Assembly (NCBI GenBank): GCA_965217895.1
Contig: CBDCJV010000002.1
Coordinates: forward strand, 4,960,001-5,024,000
DNA: 64,000 bases
Source of the DNA: Waterburya sp.
GTDB taxonomy: Bacteria > Cyanobacteriota > Cyanobacteriia > Cyanobacteriales > Xenococcaceae
Reading direction: 5' to 3'
The position numbers and the translations under genes were made by a program. Positions 9,020 to 20,077 of this stretch are shown here, one piece after another. The notes beneath the pieces are model-generated. The model was not told the DNA's origin. It searched no databases and saw only the letters and a list, made by a program, of their open reading frames with translations. Within the stretch, counting starts at the first letter, position 1, and each line of letters opens with the position of its first letter.

Positions 9020-9193
9020 CAGATTATTAATCGCTGAAATTTTATAGCCAAATTATAGATGCAGTCAATTCATGTTTGCGATTATTCTAGTAAATAAGAA
9101 AAATTAATTTAGCAGTATTGATTCTAGTTACACAATCAAAGATGACGACTGGACAATGCTCAATGATAAATGTTTATTTGCTCAATGTAAAAA

Positions 9194-10177
9194 ATGGCCG
9201 CAACCGACTTTAAAGATTATTACCAAGTGCTAGGTATAAATAAAGACGCTTCTGCCGAGGAGATTAAAAAAGCCTATCGTAAACTGGCGCGGAAATATCA
9301 CCCTGACCTCAATCCAGGAGATGAAAAAGCCGAAGCTCGCTTTAAAGAAATAAATGAAGCGCAAGAAATATTATCCGATCCTGAAAAACGCGCCAAATAC
9401 GAGCGATACGGACAATATTGGCAGCAAGCAGGACAAGGAGGCGCACCACCGTCAGGAAGTACTGGTACAAGAGTCAATGTAGATGTCGGCGGTTTTGATT
9501 TTAGTCAATATGGAAACTTTGACGACTTTGTTAATGATATATTAGGTCGCACTGCTAGCAGCCAAGGTAGAGGTAGCTATAGTTATCGTACCTCCCCTGG
9601 AGGCTTTGGTGGTTTTGCTGATGGCTACAGTGATATGCCTACCCAAGATAGTGAAGCTGCAATTGTCCTTACCTTTTCTGAAGCCTTTCACGGGACACAA
9701 AAACAGTTTCGCATTGGCAATGAAACAGTCAAAGTTCGCATTCCTGCTGGGGCTAAAACAGGTAGCCGTCTACGAATCAAAGGTAAGGGACAACCAAGTC
9801 CTTTTTCAGGACAGCAAGGAGACTTATATCTCAATATTGAACTACAAACCCATCCTTTGTTTAAGTTCAAAGGTGATAATTTGGTTGTCGAAATCCCCAT
9901 TACCCCAGAAGAAGCTGTATTAGGCACAGATATTATTGTTCCTACTCCAGATGGCAAAGTAACGATGAAAATTCCTGCGGGGGTTGATTCGGGACAATCT
10001 TTGAGATTGAAAGGTAAAGGCTGGCGCAAACCTAACAAACAACGTAGCGATTTGCTGGTGAAATTAAAAATTGTTACTCCCAAAGACATTAGCGATACAG
10101 AAAAAGAATATTATCAAAAGATTCAGCAGGCTAGTAGCTATAAACCCCGCAAAAGTTTGGAGAATATTAAATTATGA
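9194..10177 (+). CDS. cbpA: DnaJ-class co-chaperone (CbpA-type, no Zn finger)
   Basis: J-domain with HPD, G/F region and DnaJ C-terminal domain; coupled to a CbpM-like gene. Confidence 0.85.
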   Translation: MAATDFKDYYQVLGINKDASAEEIKKAYRKLARKYHPDLNPGDEKAEARFKEINEAQEILSDPEKRAKYERYGQYWQQAGQGGAPPSGSTGTRVNVDVGGFDFSQYGNFDDFVNDILGRTASSQGRGSYSYRTSPGGFGGFADGYSDMPTQDSEAAIVLTFSEAFHGTQKQFRIGNETVKVRIPAGAKTGSRLRIKGKGQPSPFSGQQGDLYLNIELQTHPLFKFKGDNLVVEIPITPEEAVLGTDIIVPTPDGKVTMKIPAGVDSGQSLRLKGKGWRKPNKQRSDLLVKLKIVTPKDISDTEKEYYQKIQQASSYKPRKSLENIKL

Positions 10178-10467
10178 GTAGTTTGTCACGCGATGTAATT
10201 TCCCAACAGGGCGATGCTTTAATTAGTTTTGAGCGCGTCGCTACTATTACCCAAACTTCGATTACTACAATTCAGTGTTTTATTCGGCTGGGAGTAATTG
10301 AACCAGAAGGCTCAATGTTAAGACAAGAAGATACCTTGCGAGTAATAAAAATTATGCGTCTACGAAGAGACTTAGGCTTAAATCTAATAGGTGCAGCAAT
10401 GGTATTAGAGCTTACAGAAGAAAATCATCGCTTGCGATCGCAATTAAATGCTTTACGTCAGCCTTAA
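10174..10467 (+). CDS. cbpM: Chaperone modulator CbpM (MerR-like)
   Basis: [19 protein letters not shown] motif; ATGA overlap with cbpA. Confidence 0.8.
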   Translation: MSSLSRDVISQQGDALISFERVATITQTSITTIQCFIRLGVIEPEGSMLRQEDTLRVIKIMRLRRDLGLNLIGAAMVLELTEENHRLRSQLNALRQP

Positions 10468-10636
10468 GAAGTATTTACGATTAAAACAGCCAAAAGCCTC
10501 TCTATATAAGCAATATGAAGTTTTAACCATAAATAAAGATCTGTCCTTTGCTGGATAAAAAAACCTTAAAAAATGAAGAAGATAAATTATCAATTCTCAT
10601 TTATTGAGAGTGTTTTTAGATTAAGCATCAATAAAT

Positions 10637-11107
10637 ATGACAGAACATCAAAGGGCAATTGGCATTTTTGAGAATGCTTTAGATGCCGAAGTCGCACTAA
10701 AAGAGCTAGACAAGTCACACTTTTCTCTAGAGCAAGTTTTTGTAATTGCTCGCAATACAGAGAAAGAAGGAAAAATAGTAGGTACGCAACTATGCGAATC
10801 ATTACGCGATCGCTTTAAGACCCGTATTAGCAGCGTTGCTCAAGACTCGGAGATTTCTAGGGACGAAACTGTAATTAGTTTGACTAATGCCTTAATTCAC
10901 CTAGATATTCCTGTTGATACGGCGCGACTGTATAACGATTTGGTTGCTCAAGGTGAGTATCTAATCATGGTTGAAGGTAACACAGCAGATCTATTAGGTG
11001 CAGAGAAGATCTTAAATGGCTGTGGTGTTCGAGAGTGGGTTATTTACAAAATTGTTTCGGAACATCCCGAAGTAATTATTGTCGATCGCCGTACTCATCA
11101 TTCATAA
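10637..11107 (+). CDS. General-stress-protein-like hypothetical protein
   Basis: RAIGIF..AEVALKEL..F..EQVFVIAR and YLIMVEG pattern. Confidence 0.6.
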   Translation: MTEHQRAIGIFENALDAEVALKELDKSHFSLEQVFVIARNTEKEGKIVGTQLCESLRDRFKTRISSVAQDSEISRDETVISLTNALIHLDIPVDTARLYNDLVAQGEYLIMVEGNTADLLGAEKILNGCGVREWVIYKIVSEHPEVIIVDRRTHHS

Positions 11108-11339
11108 AATTATCGCGATTATGATTGCTTTAATATTTAATCTGTCATATTTACAGCTTTAATCTTTGAAACTATTATCTAGCTTTCTTATTGTTACTTA
11201 ATCTTTAATACATACACAAAGACATTTTGTAGTTAAATAAAAGTACTTAGAGAAGCAGATAATCAATAATTTTTAACTGGCGTGGGAATGCCTTTTAATC
11301 ATCTCAACTAAACAAAATTCAACATAGGAACAAATTATT

Positions 11340-11963
11340 ATGGCTTATACAGATCCAGTCGGAAACAGAAATACAGTGGTAGAAACAATTGCTATTCCAG
11401 ACGACCGAGATCGAATTAGGTGGGGACCTATTTTAGGTGGGATTTTTGTGGCGATCGCCACTCAGCTAATTCTTAGTGCTTTGGGTACTGCGATCGGTTT
11501 AATCACTGCTAACTCTGGTGTTGTAACTGGTATTTGGACAGTTGTTACTCTATTAATTGCTCTATTTATTGGTAGTTGGGTAGCTGCTGCTGGCTGTAGC
11601 CCGATGAATGGTAAAACAGCAATGCTACACGGATTGATTCTCTGGGCGACAACCTTAGCTCTTAGTGCTTGGTTACTTGCTAGCGGGGTATCAGGAGCTT
11701 TTGGAGTAGTAGCTTCTAACGCAGGAGAAGTATTAAATCAGGCACAACAACCTGGTGGTATTACCGTTCCTAACCAAGTCCCAAATATACCAACTGCTAA
11801 AGTAGAGAATGCGTTAGACACAGCAGCTTGGTATTTTATTATCGGCTCACTGCTAGGTCTAGCTGCATCTTTGATCGGTGCTTCTGTTGGCGCGAAAAAA
11901 CCCAGACCTGTTCGTACAGGAACAATTGCTGAACCTCAAACGCCAGAGAATCTCGCTAGATAA
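11340..11963 (+). CDS. Conserved membrane protein (about 4 TM)
   Basis: RIRWGPILGG start, hydrophobic helices and HGLILWA. Confidence 0.75.
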   Translation: MAYTDPVGNRNTVVETIAIPDDRDRIRWGPILGGIFVAIATQLILSALGTAIGLITANSGVVTGIWTVVTLLIALFIGSWVAAAGCSPMNGKTAMLHGLILWATTLALSAWLLASGVSGAFGVVASNAGEVLNQAQQPGGITVPNQVPNIPTAKVENALDTAAWYFIIGSLLGLAASLIGASVGAKKPRPVRTGTIAEPQTPENLAR

Positions 11964-11981
11964 ATCTAGATAAATATTATA

Positions 11982-12003
11982 GGGGCTGTTGGTCAACAGC
12001 CCC
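11982..12003. terminator. GC hairpin between convergent genes
   Basis: GGGGCTGTTG-GT-CAACAGCCCC inverted repeat. Confidence 0.5.
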
Positions 12004-12248
12004 AGGGCTATTTCATTCTTGAAAGCTTTAGCATATGTCTTCAAGACCAAAAAAGGGCAGGTTTCGTATACCTTAGTTAATTATTGTCATGACTAATCTC
12101 TAATTAATCATCTGATTCTAGATTGAGTAGGCAGGCGGAATTAAACGCAAAACCAGAAACAAGATAAATTTTGATGGCGATTAGCGATCTCTCTTGTTCC
12201 CTATGCCCCAATTCTCTACTAAAGCATCTTCTAATTAATCTGACCCAC

Positions 12249-12887
12249 CTACTTATTAGGCTGGGGAGTCATTCTTAGGTAAGGCTTAATTTCCTCAACA
12301 CCTTTGGGAAATTTCTTCTTAGCATCTTCAGTAGAAATTGCTGGAGAAACCACCACATCTTCACCATCTTTCCAGTTAACAGGAGTTGCAACTTGATAAT
12401 TGTCTGTTAGCTGTAATGAATCAATTACTCTCAGGATTTCAGGAAAATTACGACCTGTACTTGGAGGATAAGTCAAAGTTAAACGTAATTTTTTATTGGG
12501 GTCAATAATAAATACTGAACGGACTGTAACTTTAGCATCCGCATTAGGATGAATCATGTCATAAAGGTCAGAAACCTTTTTGTCAGCATCCGCCAAAATG
12601 GGATAATCAACTTTTGTTCCTTGAGTTTCGTCAATATCACCTACCCAACCTTTGTGAGAATCTGCATCATCAATGCTTAAAGCAATAGTTTTGACGTTAC
12701 GCTGATCGAATTCTGATCTGAGTTTTGCTACTTCACCTAACTCAGTTGTACAGACAGGGGTATAGTCGGCGGGGTGTGAGAAAAGGACTACCCAGCTATC
12801 TCCAGCCCAATCATAAAAGGAAATTTCTCCCATGCTAGAAGCTTGAGTAAAATCAGGCACAGTATCGCCTAATCTAAGATGAGACAT
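12249..12887 (-). CDS. 1-Cys peroxiredoxin (Prx6)
   Basis: FSHPADYTPVCTTE, GRNFPEILR and ATPVNW. Confidence 0.95.
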   Translation of the reverse strand: MSHLRLGDTVPDFTQASSMGEISFYDWAGDSWVVLFSHPADYTPVCTTELGEVAKLRSEFDQRNVKTIALSIDDADSHKGWVGDIDETQGTKVDYPILADADKKVSDLYDMIHPNADAKVTVRSVFIIDPNKKLRLTLTYPPSTGRNFPEILRVIDSLQLTDNYQVATPVNWKDGEDVVVSPAISTEDAKKKFPKGVEEIKPYLRMTPQPNK

Positions 12888-13042
12888 TATTATAAACCTC
12901 GATATCGTTTTGCAAAAGCCGTAGTCTATCTTCCCATGAAATGAGTAATCTATACCATGGTCTTAACCCTTCTTGATAAGAGATCTTATTTCTTGATTCT
13001 GGTTGGCTTATTCGGCGATCGCCTTACAGTTAGATCATCTAA

Positions 13043-14290
13043 TTAAAAATTAGAAATTATGGGTAAATACACTGTAAAACAGCTTCCAATATCTACCTGA
13101 CTGGTAACGGTAATTTTCCCTTTATGGTTGCGAATAATTGCCTGGGTAATTGCTAACCCCAAGCCCGATCCTCCTTGGTAATAAGAGCGAGAACGATCTG
13201 CTCGCCACAGACGCTCAAAGACTAGATCGAGATGTTCCCTTTGAATGCCAATTCCCGTATCTTCTACAGTTACCATGATTTCTCGACCAAGGCGATCGCT
13301 ACTTATTTCAACTTCTCCCCTAGCAGGAGTATATTGAAGCGCATTTTGAATTAAATTAGTAAAGGCTCGTGCTAATTTAGCTTCGTCTCCAACCAACCAT
13401 AAATCATTCTCGATCTTAGCCTTGAGCTTGATTTGTTTAGTTGCTGCTTGAGATTTATACAGGTTAACCAAGTCTCTAAGTAAAGCCGTTAGATCGATTC
13501 TTTTGAACTCAAAATCAGCAACTTTATCGCTGCGGGTTAGGAGCAATAAATCTTCCGTAAGCTGGGACATTTGCTCGCTTGCCATGGCGATCGCCTGAAA
13601 TTTTTCGCCATCGCTGGCTCGCATTCCTTGAGGATAAGTTAAAGCTACTTCAGCGTTAGTACTAATTGCCATTAAAGGACTTCGCAGTTCGTGAGAAGCG
13701 TCGGCGGTAAATTGTCTCAGACGTTTAAAGCTCTCTTCAATGGGCTGCATTGCCTGAAGGTTGAGCCAGCCACTACCCAAACTACTAAGAACAAAGGCAA
13801 CAACTGCACCTACAGTTAACCCCGTATCAAGCCTGGCGATCGTTTCGTTTACTTCTTCCAAGGACTGACTGACGCGGAGATAGCCGATCAGCTGACTACT
13901 ATTACTTTTAAAGATAGGTAAGGTAACAACCTGAAGCTTAACTCCGTCTATTTGAGCGTGAGTGGTTTGATCGGCTTCAAGGGGTAAAGTAGAGATATAG
14001 CGTCTGCTGCCCTGCTGTTTAATTAATTTTCCTTGAGTATCAAACCATTGAAAAGCTTGTTGCGTCCTTTCTAACTGTTGTGGCGGAAATTCCGTTTCCG
14101 ATTCTAAATATCCCTTGTCAAACTCTGCATTAGCTGCCGTTCCTTCGGCGACTGCCGTTAGTCGTTCGCTGGCTTGGTGTCTAAGATTACGAACAAACAC
14201 CAAACGCATCGCAAAAGCAGACCCCAGAAAAACTAGAGCCAAAACAAGTAGATTAGATAAAAATAAACGATAGCGAATCTTTTGGAACAC
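13043..14290 (-). CDS. Membrane sensor histidine kinase
   Basis: Two TM helices, ASHELRSPL H-box, and N, G1, F, G2 boxes. Confidence 0.95.
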   Translation of the reverse strand: MFQKIRYRLFLSNLLVLALVFLGSAFAMRLVFVRNLRHQASERLTAVAEGTAANAEFDKGYLESETEFPPQQLERTQQAFQWFDTQGKLIKQQGSRRYISTLPLEADQTTHAQIDGVKLQVVTLPIFKSNSSQLIGYLRVSQSLEEVNETIARLDTGLTVGAVVAFVLSSLGSGWLNLQAMQPIEESFKRLRQFTADASHELRSPLMAISTNAEVALTYPQGMRASDGEKFQAIAMASEQMSQLTEDLLLLTRSDKVADFEFKRIDLTALLRDLVNLYKSQAATKQIKLKAKIENDLWLVGDEAKLARAFTNLIQNALQYTPARGEVEISSDRLGREIMVTVEDTGIGIQREHLDLVFERLWRADRSRSYYQGGSGLGLAITQAIIRNHKGKITVTSQVDIGSCFTVYLPIISNF

Positions 14291-14331
14291 GATAATTAAT
14301 AGCTAATTTTGCAATGATCGAGGTTTCGCTC

Positions 14332-15027
14332 TCATCCTTCATTTTCGATCCTTTCTAGTGAACCCAGACGATAGCCGATGCCATAAACTGTTTCAATTAA
14401 ATTATCCTCACTTCCTGCTGCTTTTAACTTTTGGCGCAGGTTGGTAATGTGAGTTTTAATCGTTCCTTCTCCCGATGAGTTGTCAAATTCCCAAAGCTGA
14501 TTGAGAATAGCCGAACGGGTTAAAATTTGCTGAGGATGGCGTAAAAAGTATTCTAAGATCGAGTATTCTTTCGGGGTTAATGAAAGTGGATTACCTTGAT
14601 AGGTTACTGCTCCCGTACTTGGATTAAGCTGCAATTCCTCGTAGCCAAAAATCTGTGGTTTGAGTTCAAAACTTCTGCGGGATAAAGCCCTGATTCTGGC
14701 AGCTAGTTCTTTAAGTTTAAATGGCTTGACCAAATAGTCATCTGCGCCCGCATCTAGACCCATCACTTTGTCATCGACAGTATCTTTAGCAGTGAGCATT
14801 AGAATTAATGCCTTAGATTTGGCTGTTCGCAGACGCTTACAAAGCTCAATACCATCAAGTTTTGGTAACATCAGATCTAGCAAAATTAGGTCAAACTCAG
14901 CCCCTTGAGCATATTCCCAACCCTCCAAACCATCCCTGGCTACTTCCACTATATGACGTTCGTTTTTTAGACCTTCTATTAGGGGTTTAGCAATGCGATC
15001 GTCGTCTTCTACTAATAAAATTCGCAT
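14332..15027 (-). CDS. OmpR-family response regulator
   Basis: REC domain (VEDD, LLDLMLP, KPF) plus winged helix (IETVYGIGYRL). Confidence 0.95.
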   Translation of the reverse strand: MRILLVEDDDRIAKPLIEGLKNERHIVEVARDGLEGWEYAQGAEFDLILLDLMLPKLDGIELCKRLRTAKSKALILMLTAKDTVDDKVMGLDAGADDYLVKPFKLKELAARIRALSRRSFELKPQIFGYEELQLNPSTGAVTYQGNPLSLTPKEYSILEYFLRHPQQILTRSAILNQLWEFDNSSGEGTIKTHITNLRQKLKAAGSEDNLIETVYGIGYRLGSLERIENEG

Positions 15028-15057
15028 AATTTTATTTCTTATTTATGGCAATCCATT

Positions 15058-15447
15058 TTAGCGACTCAAATTCTTGCACCATAAAACTAATAAAGCACCT
15101 GCCAAAAACCAAATTCCTATAATAACTACGGTTGCAGTCTGACGATAGAATTTACTCTTAGGCGATGCGATCGCTGTTTCTGCTTGACGACGACAATCAT
15201 CCATAATATCAGTTGGAATCAGCTTTAGGATCAAAGTGATTGCCAATGGTAGCAAGATCAGATCGTCCAGCAGTCCTAAGACGGGGATAAAATCGGGAAT
15301 TAGATCGATGGGACTAAGAGCATAGGCGATCGCAAAACTAGCTAAAAATTTTACGTACCAAGGAATTCTTCCATCTTGGCAAGCATAGTAAAGAGCATAG
15401 ATTTCTTTTTTAAGTTCTCTTGCTTTTTGCCGCCATTGCTTCATCAT
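15058..15447 (-). CDS. YkvA/DUF1232 membrane protein
   Basis: YALSPIDLIPDFIPVLGLLDD; start at MMKQW. Confidence 0.85.
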   Translation of the reverse strand: MMKQWRQKARELKKEIYALYYACQDGRIPWYVKFLASFAIAYALSPIDLIPDFIPVLGLLDDLILLPLAITLILKLIPTDIMDDCRRQAETAIASPKSKFYRQTATVVIIGIWFLAGALLVLWCKNLSR

Positions 15448-15472
15448 TATTTCATCGTCTAAATCTTTTTTA

Positions 15473-16984
15473 TCAGTATAGAGACAAATGAAAACCTTTG
15501 TCCCAGATACCAATATAAATACCGTTATTCTTATTGCGTTGAATCACCCCTGCTAAGTTTTGAGATTCAAATTGATTTTCCGCACTTGTTTTAAAAAATA
15601 CCTGATTGATTTTATTTTCTACATCTGGTGAATAGTTTTCTAACAACAACTCTTGTACCGCCTGATGAATTGTTGCTAAATCAACAGAATCATTAAAAGT
15701 CATTTCTGTTTGGCGTACTTTTTGTGTTTTTTTATCAGCCAAATAGCTTAAGGCAACTTGGTTAGGAGCAAAATTAAAATAGGAAAATGCCTTACTATTT
15801 CCCCAATAGCCTTGGGTTTCTATACTAGGATTTCCTAAAGCATTGAATATTTTCTCTTGATCGGTGCCTACAGGAAAAATAGGTATATTTAAGCCATCGA
15901 GCGATTTGATAGGAGATGAAGTTTTAAAACCGCCAGACATAGTTTTCATTCTCTCAGTGGTTGCAGAAGAATTATCTAGTTTGTCTTTTTCTGATAGCTG
16001 GGGCAAACCAAAGTTTAATAAACTAAAAATAATGCCGATGATTCCCAAGCTCAAAAAAAACAACAGTGATACAAGCTTGATTTCAGGAGTCAAAAAAGAT
16101 TTTTTAGTCAGCCGATCATCAAAAGATCTAGAGATAAGTACAGGTTGAGAATGAAGTGCCTGTAACATTTCTTCTGCTGAGGTAAAGCGATCTTGAGTTC
16201 TAGGACAAATTGAGCGATCGATAACTCTAGCTAAATTAGTTTTTAGATCGGGTGCTTCATGCTGCCATAGCAGTTTATTGTTAAAAGAACTGTGGTTTAG
16301 CTCTGCGGGGGTTTTTCCCGTTAACAAATAAATGATTGTCAATCCTAAACTATAGAGATCGCTGGCATAAACTGACTGTCCTTTTTCTTGTTCTGGAGAA
16401 ACATATTCTTTTTGGTTAGCAAGTGCAAAACTTTCTCGATAGAATTTTTCTGGTTTTTTGGCTAATTCTTTGACACCGCCAAAATAAATTGGCACGGGTA
16501 GATAATCTTGCTTTCTGCCTTGGTGCAGCCAATTTTGTTTACGGAGTAAAATACTGCTAGGTTTTAGCTGACGATAAACAATGTCGTAACTATGAATATA
16601 TTTGAGAACTCGGAGAATACTATCTAAGATTTGCCTAGCATCTGCTTCACAGACTACACCCTCTTGCTGTACTTTTTGTTCTAGAGTAACGCCGTCGATC
16701 CATTCACGAACTAAATAGAAATCTTCCCCGTCCATAAAGCATTCATACAGTCGTGGAATTTGCGAATTTTCACCGCTCAGGCGTTTTAAAACAGTAGCTT
16801 CTTGGTTAAATAAAAGCCTCATTCCCTCTACATAAGGATTGCCTAAAATTGGTCGAAATTTTTTAATAACATAACGACAGAATGAAAATTCACTTCGATC
16901 CTTAGCCAAAAAAGTTTCGCTAAACTGATCCTTGCCTAAAGTTTGTAAAATATAGTACTTGTTTTGAATTAATTTACCTTTCAT
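15473..16984 (-). CDS. Membrane-anchored Hanks-type Ser/Thr kinase-like protein (probable pseudokinase)
   Basis: Kinase fold with degenerate catalytic motifs, one TM helix and a C-terminal extracytoplasmic domain. Confidence 0.85.
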   Translation of the reverse strand: MKGKLIQNKYYILQTLGKDQFSETFLAKDRSEFSFCRYVIKKFRPILGNPYVEGMRLLFNQEATVLKRLSGENSQIPRLYECFMDGEDFYLVREWIDGVTLEQKVQQEGVVCEADARQILDSILRVLKYIHSYDIVYRQLKPSSILLRKQNWLHQGRKQDYLPVPIYFGGVKELAKKPEKFYRESFALANQKEYVSPEQEKGQSVYASDLYSLGLTIIYLLTGKTPAELNHSSFNNKLLWQHEAPDLKTNLARVIDRSICPRTQDRFTSAEEMLQALHSQPVLISRSFDDRLTKKSFLTPEIKLVSLLFFLSLGIIGIIFSLLNFGLPQLSEKDKLDNSSATTERMKTMSGGFKTSSPIKSLDGLNIPIFPVGTDQEKIFNALGNPSIETQGYWGNSKAFSYFNFAPNQVALSYLADKKTQKVRQTEMTFNDSVDLATIHQAVQELLLENYSPDVENKINQVFFKTSAENQFESQNLAGVIQRNKNNGIYIGIWDKGFHLSLY

Positions 16985-17281
16985 TAAGGTATAAAGACAG
17001 GATAATAATAAAGAACTACATTACAGTTTAGTTAATTAAAGTTAATGACTCTATAAACTTGCATACATATCGACACAAAGTTAACTATATCTTTGAGATC
17101 GATATCTAACAAGCGATCGCTTTTGTTGTTACGACTCATCAGGCAATAGCTACGAGCTGTTTTACTTTCCGCTTAATCGACTAGAAAAAACAAATATTAA
17201 AATTTGGGAATATCAAGGTATACCTTTATATACGCAAGACGCATCAACACTAGCAACTACAGCTACAGACGATAAAATTAA

Positions 17282-18148
17282 TTAGAGGGAACGAATACGA
17301 TTTTTATAGGCTCGATCATCCAATCCATTGCCGACATTGGCGGTTTGAGGATTGATGTCTTGCTGCAAAATTTTAATGCGCTCGGTCGTAGCAGGATGAG
17401 TGCTTAAAAAAGCAGGAGGAGAACCACCTTTGCTTAACAGCTTCTGCATAAAGCCTAACATACCTGCGGGGGCGTAGTTGGCTTTAGTTATTTCTTCTAG
17501 CCCTAAGTGATCGGCCTGTAGTTCGTCAGCACGACTATTAGGACGACTAACAGCTAATTCTACTCCAATTTGGATCGCATTGCTGCGGTCTACTCCTGCT
17601 GCGGAAAGTAATCCCTGAGAAATTGCGCGATCGCGCATTTGTTTTATAGCATGACGAGCCGCAATATGACCAATTTCATGACCAATTACGCTGGCTAATT
17701 CTGCCTCATTATCTGCTGCGGCGATCGCGCCTTTGTTAATATATACATAACCACCCATAGTCGCAAAGGCATTAATGCTGTTATCATCAACTACTTGGAA
17801 AATGTAGGGAATATCTGGGCGTTGGCTAGTTTTGGCTAGTCGCTGTCCAACCTCATTTATATAGCTGTTAATAGAGGAGCTGCGGTATAATTTGACTTGA
17901 CCAGAACTTATTAGCTCTTGATTGATGCCTTTTCCTAGCTCTTCCTCTTGGGCATTAGAAATATTTGATATTTGAACTATTTGAACTCCCCGAATCATTA
18001 ATTCTAGCCAGGAAATAGCATAGCTAGGTTGAACATTGCCCAAGCCAATACCGACGGTAATCATAAAAGTAATTGAACCAGTGGCTAAACGGCGACAAAA
18101 ACGATGAGAAAAGCGACAATATTGCTGGGACATTGGGTTGAATAACAA
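17282..18148 (-). CDS. M48-family metallopeptidase
   Basis: INAFA, HEIGH (HExxH), E..AD, FLSTHP; N-terminal signal/TM segment. Confidence 0.9.
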   Translation of the reverse strand: MLFNPMSQQYCRFSHRFCRRLATGSITFMITVGIGLGNVQPSYAISWLELMIRGVQIVQISNISNAQEEELGKGINQELISSGQVKLYRSSSINSYINEVGQRLAKTSQRPDIPYIFQVVDDNSINAFATMGGYVYINKGAIAAADNEAELASVIGHEIGHIAARHAIKQMRDRAISQGLLSAAGVDRSNAIQIGVELAVSRPNSRADELQADHLGLEEITKANYAPAGMLGFMQKLLSKGGSPPAFLSTHPATTERIKILQQDINPQTANVGNGLDDRAYKNRIRSL

Positions 18149-18294
18149 TTAATTTAAAGAAAACAAGTGCTATAAGTAACTACCTTGCAAAAAATATGAC
18201 GGTGTATACACTTGTAAAGTTGCACTGCGTCTTGGCAAAATTCCTAAAAAAAGCCACAGGAACTTTGGTTGTTCCAATTAAATTAATTAGAGAT

Positions 18295-19428
18295 TCAAGA
18301 AAAATCTATTTGTAAAATGGATAAATCATCTTCAAATTGAAAATTAGGATGCCAGCTTCTAACGTACTGTAGTAAACGTTTTAAGTCTCTTTCGGGTGTT
18401 TGCTGATATTTTTTTAGTAAATTAATTAATCGATCTAAACCCCAATGAGAATTAAGCTGTTGCTCCACCTCATAAATTCCATCGCTGAATATGTACAGGC
18501 TAGAGTTTGCCACAATTTCACACGAAGCATTTACATACTGAATATTGGGAAACATCCCCACAGGTACTCCTGGAGTCTTGAGACGCTGTTCTGTAGATCT
18601 CAAGCTTGGGGTTAGTAGAATTGCAGGGGGATGCCCAGCACTAGAGTAAGTTAAGCTACGGTTTTGGCGATCGTAAACACCATACCAGATAGTAAAATAT
18701 TTATCATTGCGATCGCTCATCTGAAAAGCCTGGTTCAATCCTTTCAGCACTGAGTCTGGTTGATAATAATCGACGTTGCTCAATCCACGGGATCTTAATA
18801 GATTAACTACCGCCAAAGAAGGCAAAGAAGCCCTCAAGCCATGACCTGAAACGTCTAAAAGATAAAAGACCATATGGCGATCGTCTAACCAAAAATAATC
18901 AAAACTATCCCCTCCTAATTGTCGTGAAGGAATAAAGCAAACATCAATGCTTAAAGACGGATGATGGAGAGGCTCTGGTAAAATTGTACTAACATATTCG
19001 GCTGCTTCAGCTAATTCAGCTTCTAATAACTGTTTTTGACTTTGCAGATCTTTGCTTAGTTGATGTAAACGCAATCCTGCTCTAACTCTAGCTTTTAGTT
19101 CATTCATCTCGATTGGCTTACATAAAAAATCATCCGCACCAGCATCCAAACCTTTAACTCGATCTTCTACTGAATCTAAAGATGTAAGCAGAATAAAAAA
19201 GGTAGTGGACAATTCAGGAGTGGATTTAATTTGACTACACACCTCTAAACCGTTTTTGCGAGGCATAATCCAATCACAAATAATTAGCGCAGGACGAATT
19301 GTTTTGGCTTTGATTAGTCCTTCTTCACCATCACTTGCCAAGGTGATATCATAACCCTGCATATTAAGAGTTCTCTTCAAAAGTAGTTGAGTTGTAAAAT
19401 CATCGTCAATAATCAGAATTTGAGCCAT
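18295..19428 (-). CDS. Response-regulated PP2C phosphatase (REC + SpoIIE, RsbU/RsbP-like)
   Basis: REC domain; GGDSFD, DVSGHG, SAGHPP, FSDG and EDDLS motifs. Confidence 0.92.
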   Translation of the reverse strand: MAQILIIDDDFTTQLLLKRTLNMQGYDITLASDGEEGLIKAKTIRPALIICDWIMPRKNGLEVCSQIKSTPELSTTFFILLTSLDSVEDRVKGLDAGADDFLCKPIEMNELKARVRAGLRLHQLSKDLQSQKQLLEAELAEAAEYVSTILPEPLHHPSLSIDVCFIPSRQLGGDSFDYFWLDDRHMVFYLLDVSGHGLRASLPSLAVVNLLRSRGLSNVDYYQPDSVLKGLNQAFQMSDRNDKYFTIWYGVYDRQNRSLTYSSAGHPPAILLTPSLRSTEQRLKTPGVPVGMFPNIQYVNASCEIVANSSLYIFSDGIYEVEQQLNSHWGLDRLINLLKKYQQTPERDLKRLLQYVRSWHPNFQFEDDLSILQIDFS

Positions 19429-20077
19429 AGTAAATTGATAGTTTTCTTATCTGATGACCGAAGGTAATGGCAGTCATTGCCTACTAAGCTATAAAGCAGT
19501 AAGACTTTTAGAGCTTATGTCAAGTGTGACGCTCCTGCCTCAAAGAAGCTTTATGTCCATTAGCTAGGAAAATCCCATTCAAGGGCGTGTCTTAAGTTTA
19601 GGCTATGGTGCTTTAAACAGAAACTGAGTGGTGAATTAAACGGTGTACTCAACTATAGAGGATAAAAGAGCAAATTTGAGCGTCAAGTTTTTGATGCGCG
19701 TATATCTGGCTGAACTCTTTAGGAGGTCTGACTTCTAATGGCTATGTGACCATACGTTTCATCTATCTACTTGTCAAAAGCCGATAAATTTGTCTCTAAG
19801 CAAAACATAAAGTTGTCTTGTTAAACTATAGATAAAATACTAATCAAGAATTATCCATATTTCTATAACCTTGAGAATACTAAAAGAAAGAAAAAATACA
19901 AGAGACATGAGAATTAAATTACCAATTAATTACCGTCTGTTCATGTAGATAACGTTAGTTGGGTTAAAACAATTTTGACGGTGATCTTACTAAGGAATTG
20001 TCTTTTCAGTCAACCAAAAGTAAGGCTTTTAGCTTATCTAGAACTTAAGTTAGATAGTCATCATAAAACAAATACTG

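Noticed and set aside
9606..10089. Alternative-frame and antisense ORFs inside known genes (e.g. 9606-9923, 9688-10089, 41763-42200, 47952-48257, 63194-63493)
   Set aside because: They fully overlap well-supported genes and show no recognisable motifs.
19451..19481. CTGATGA followed by a short stem as a hammerhead ribozyme or SAM riboswitch
   Set aside because: The required GAAA after stem II and the other conserved core elements are missing.
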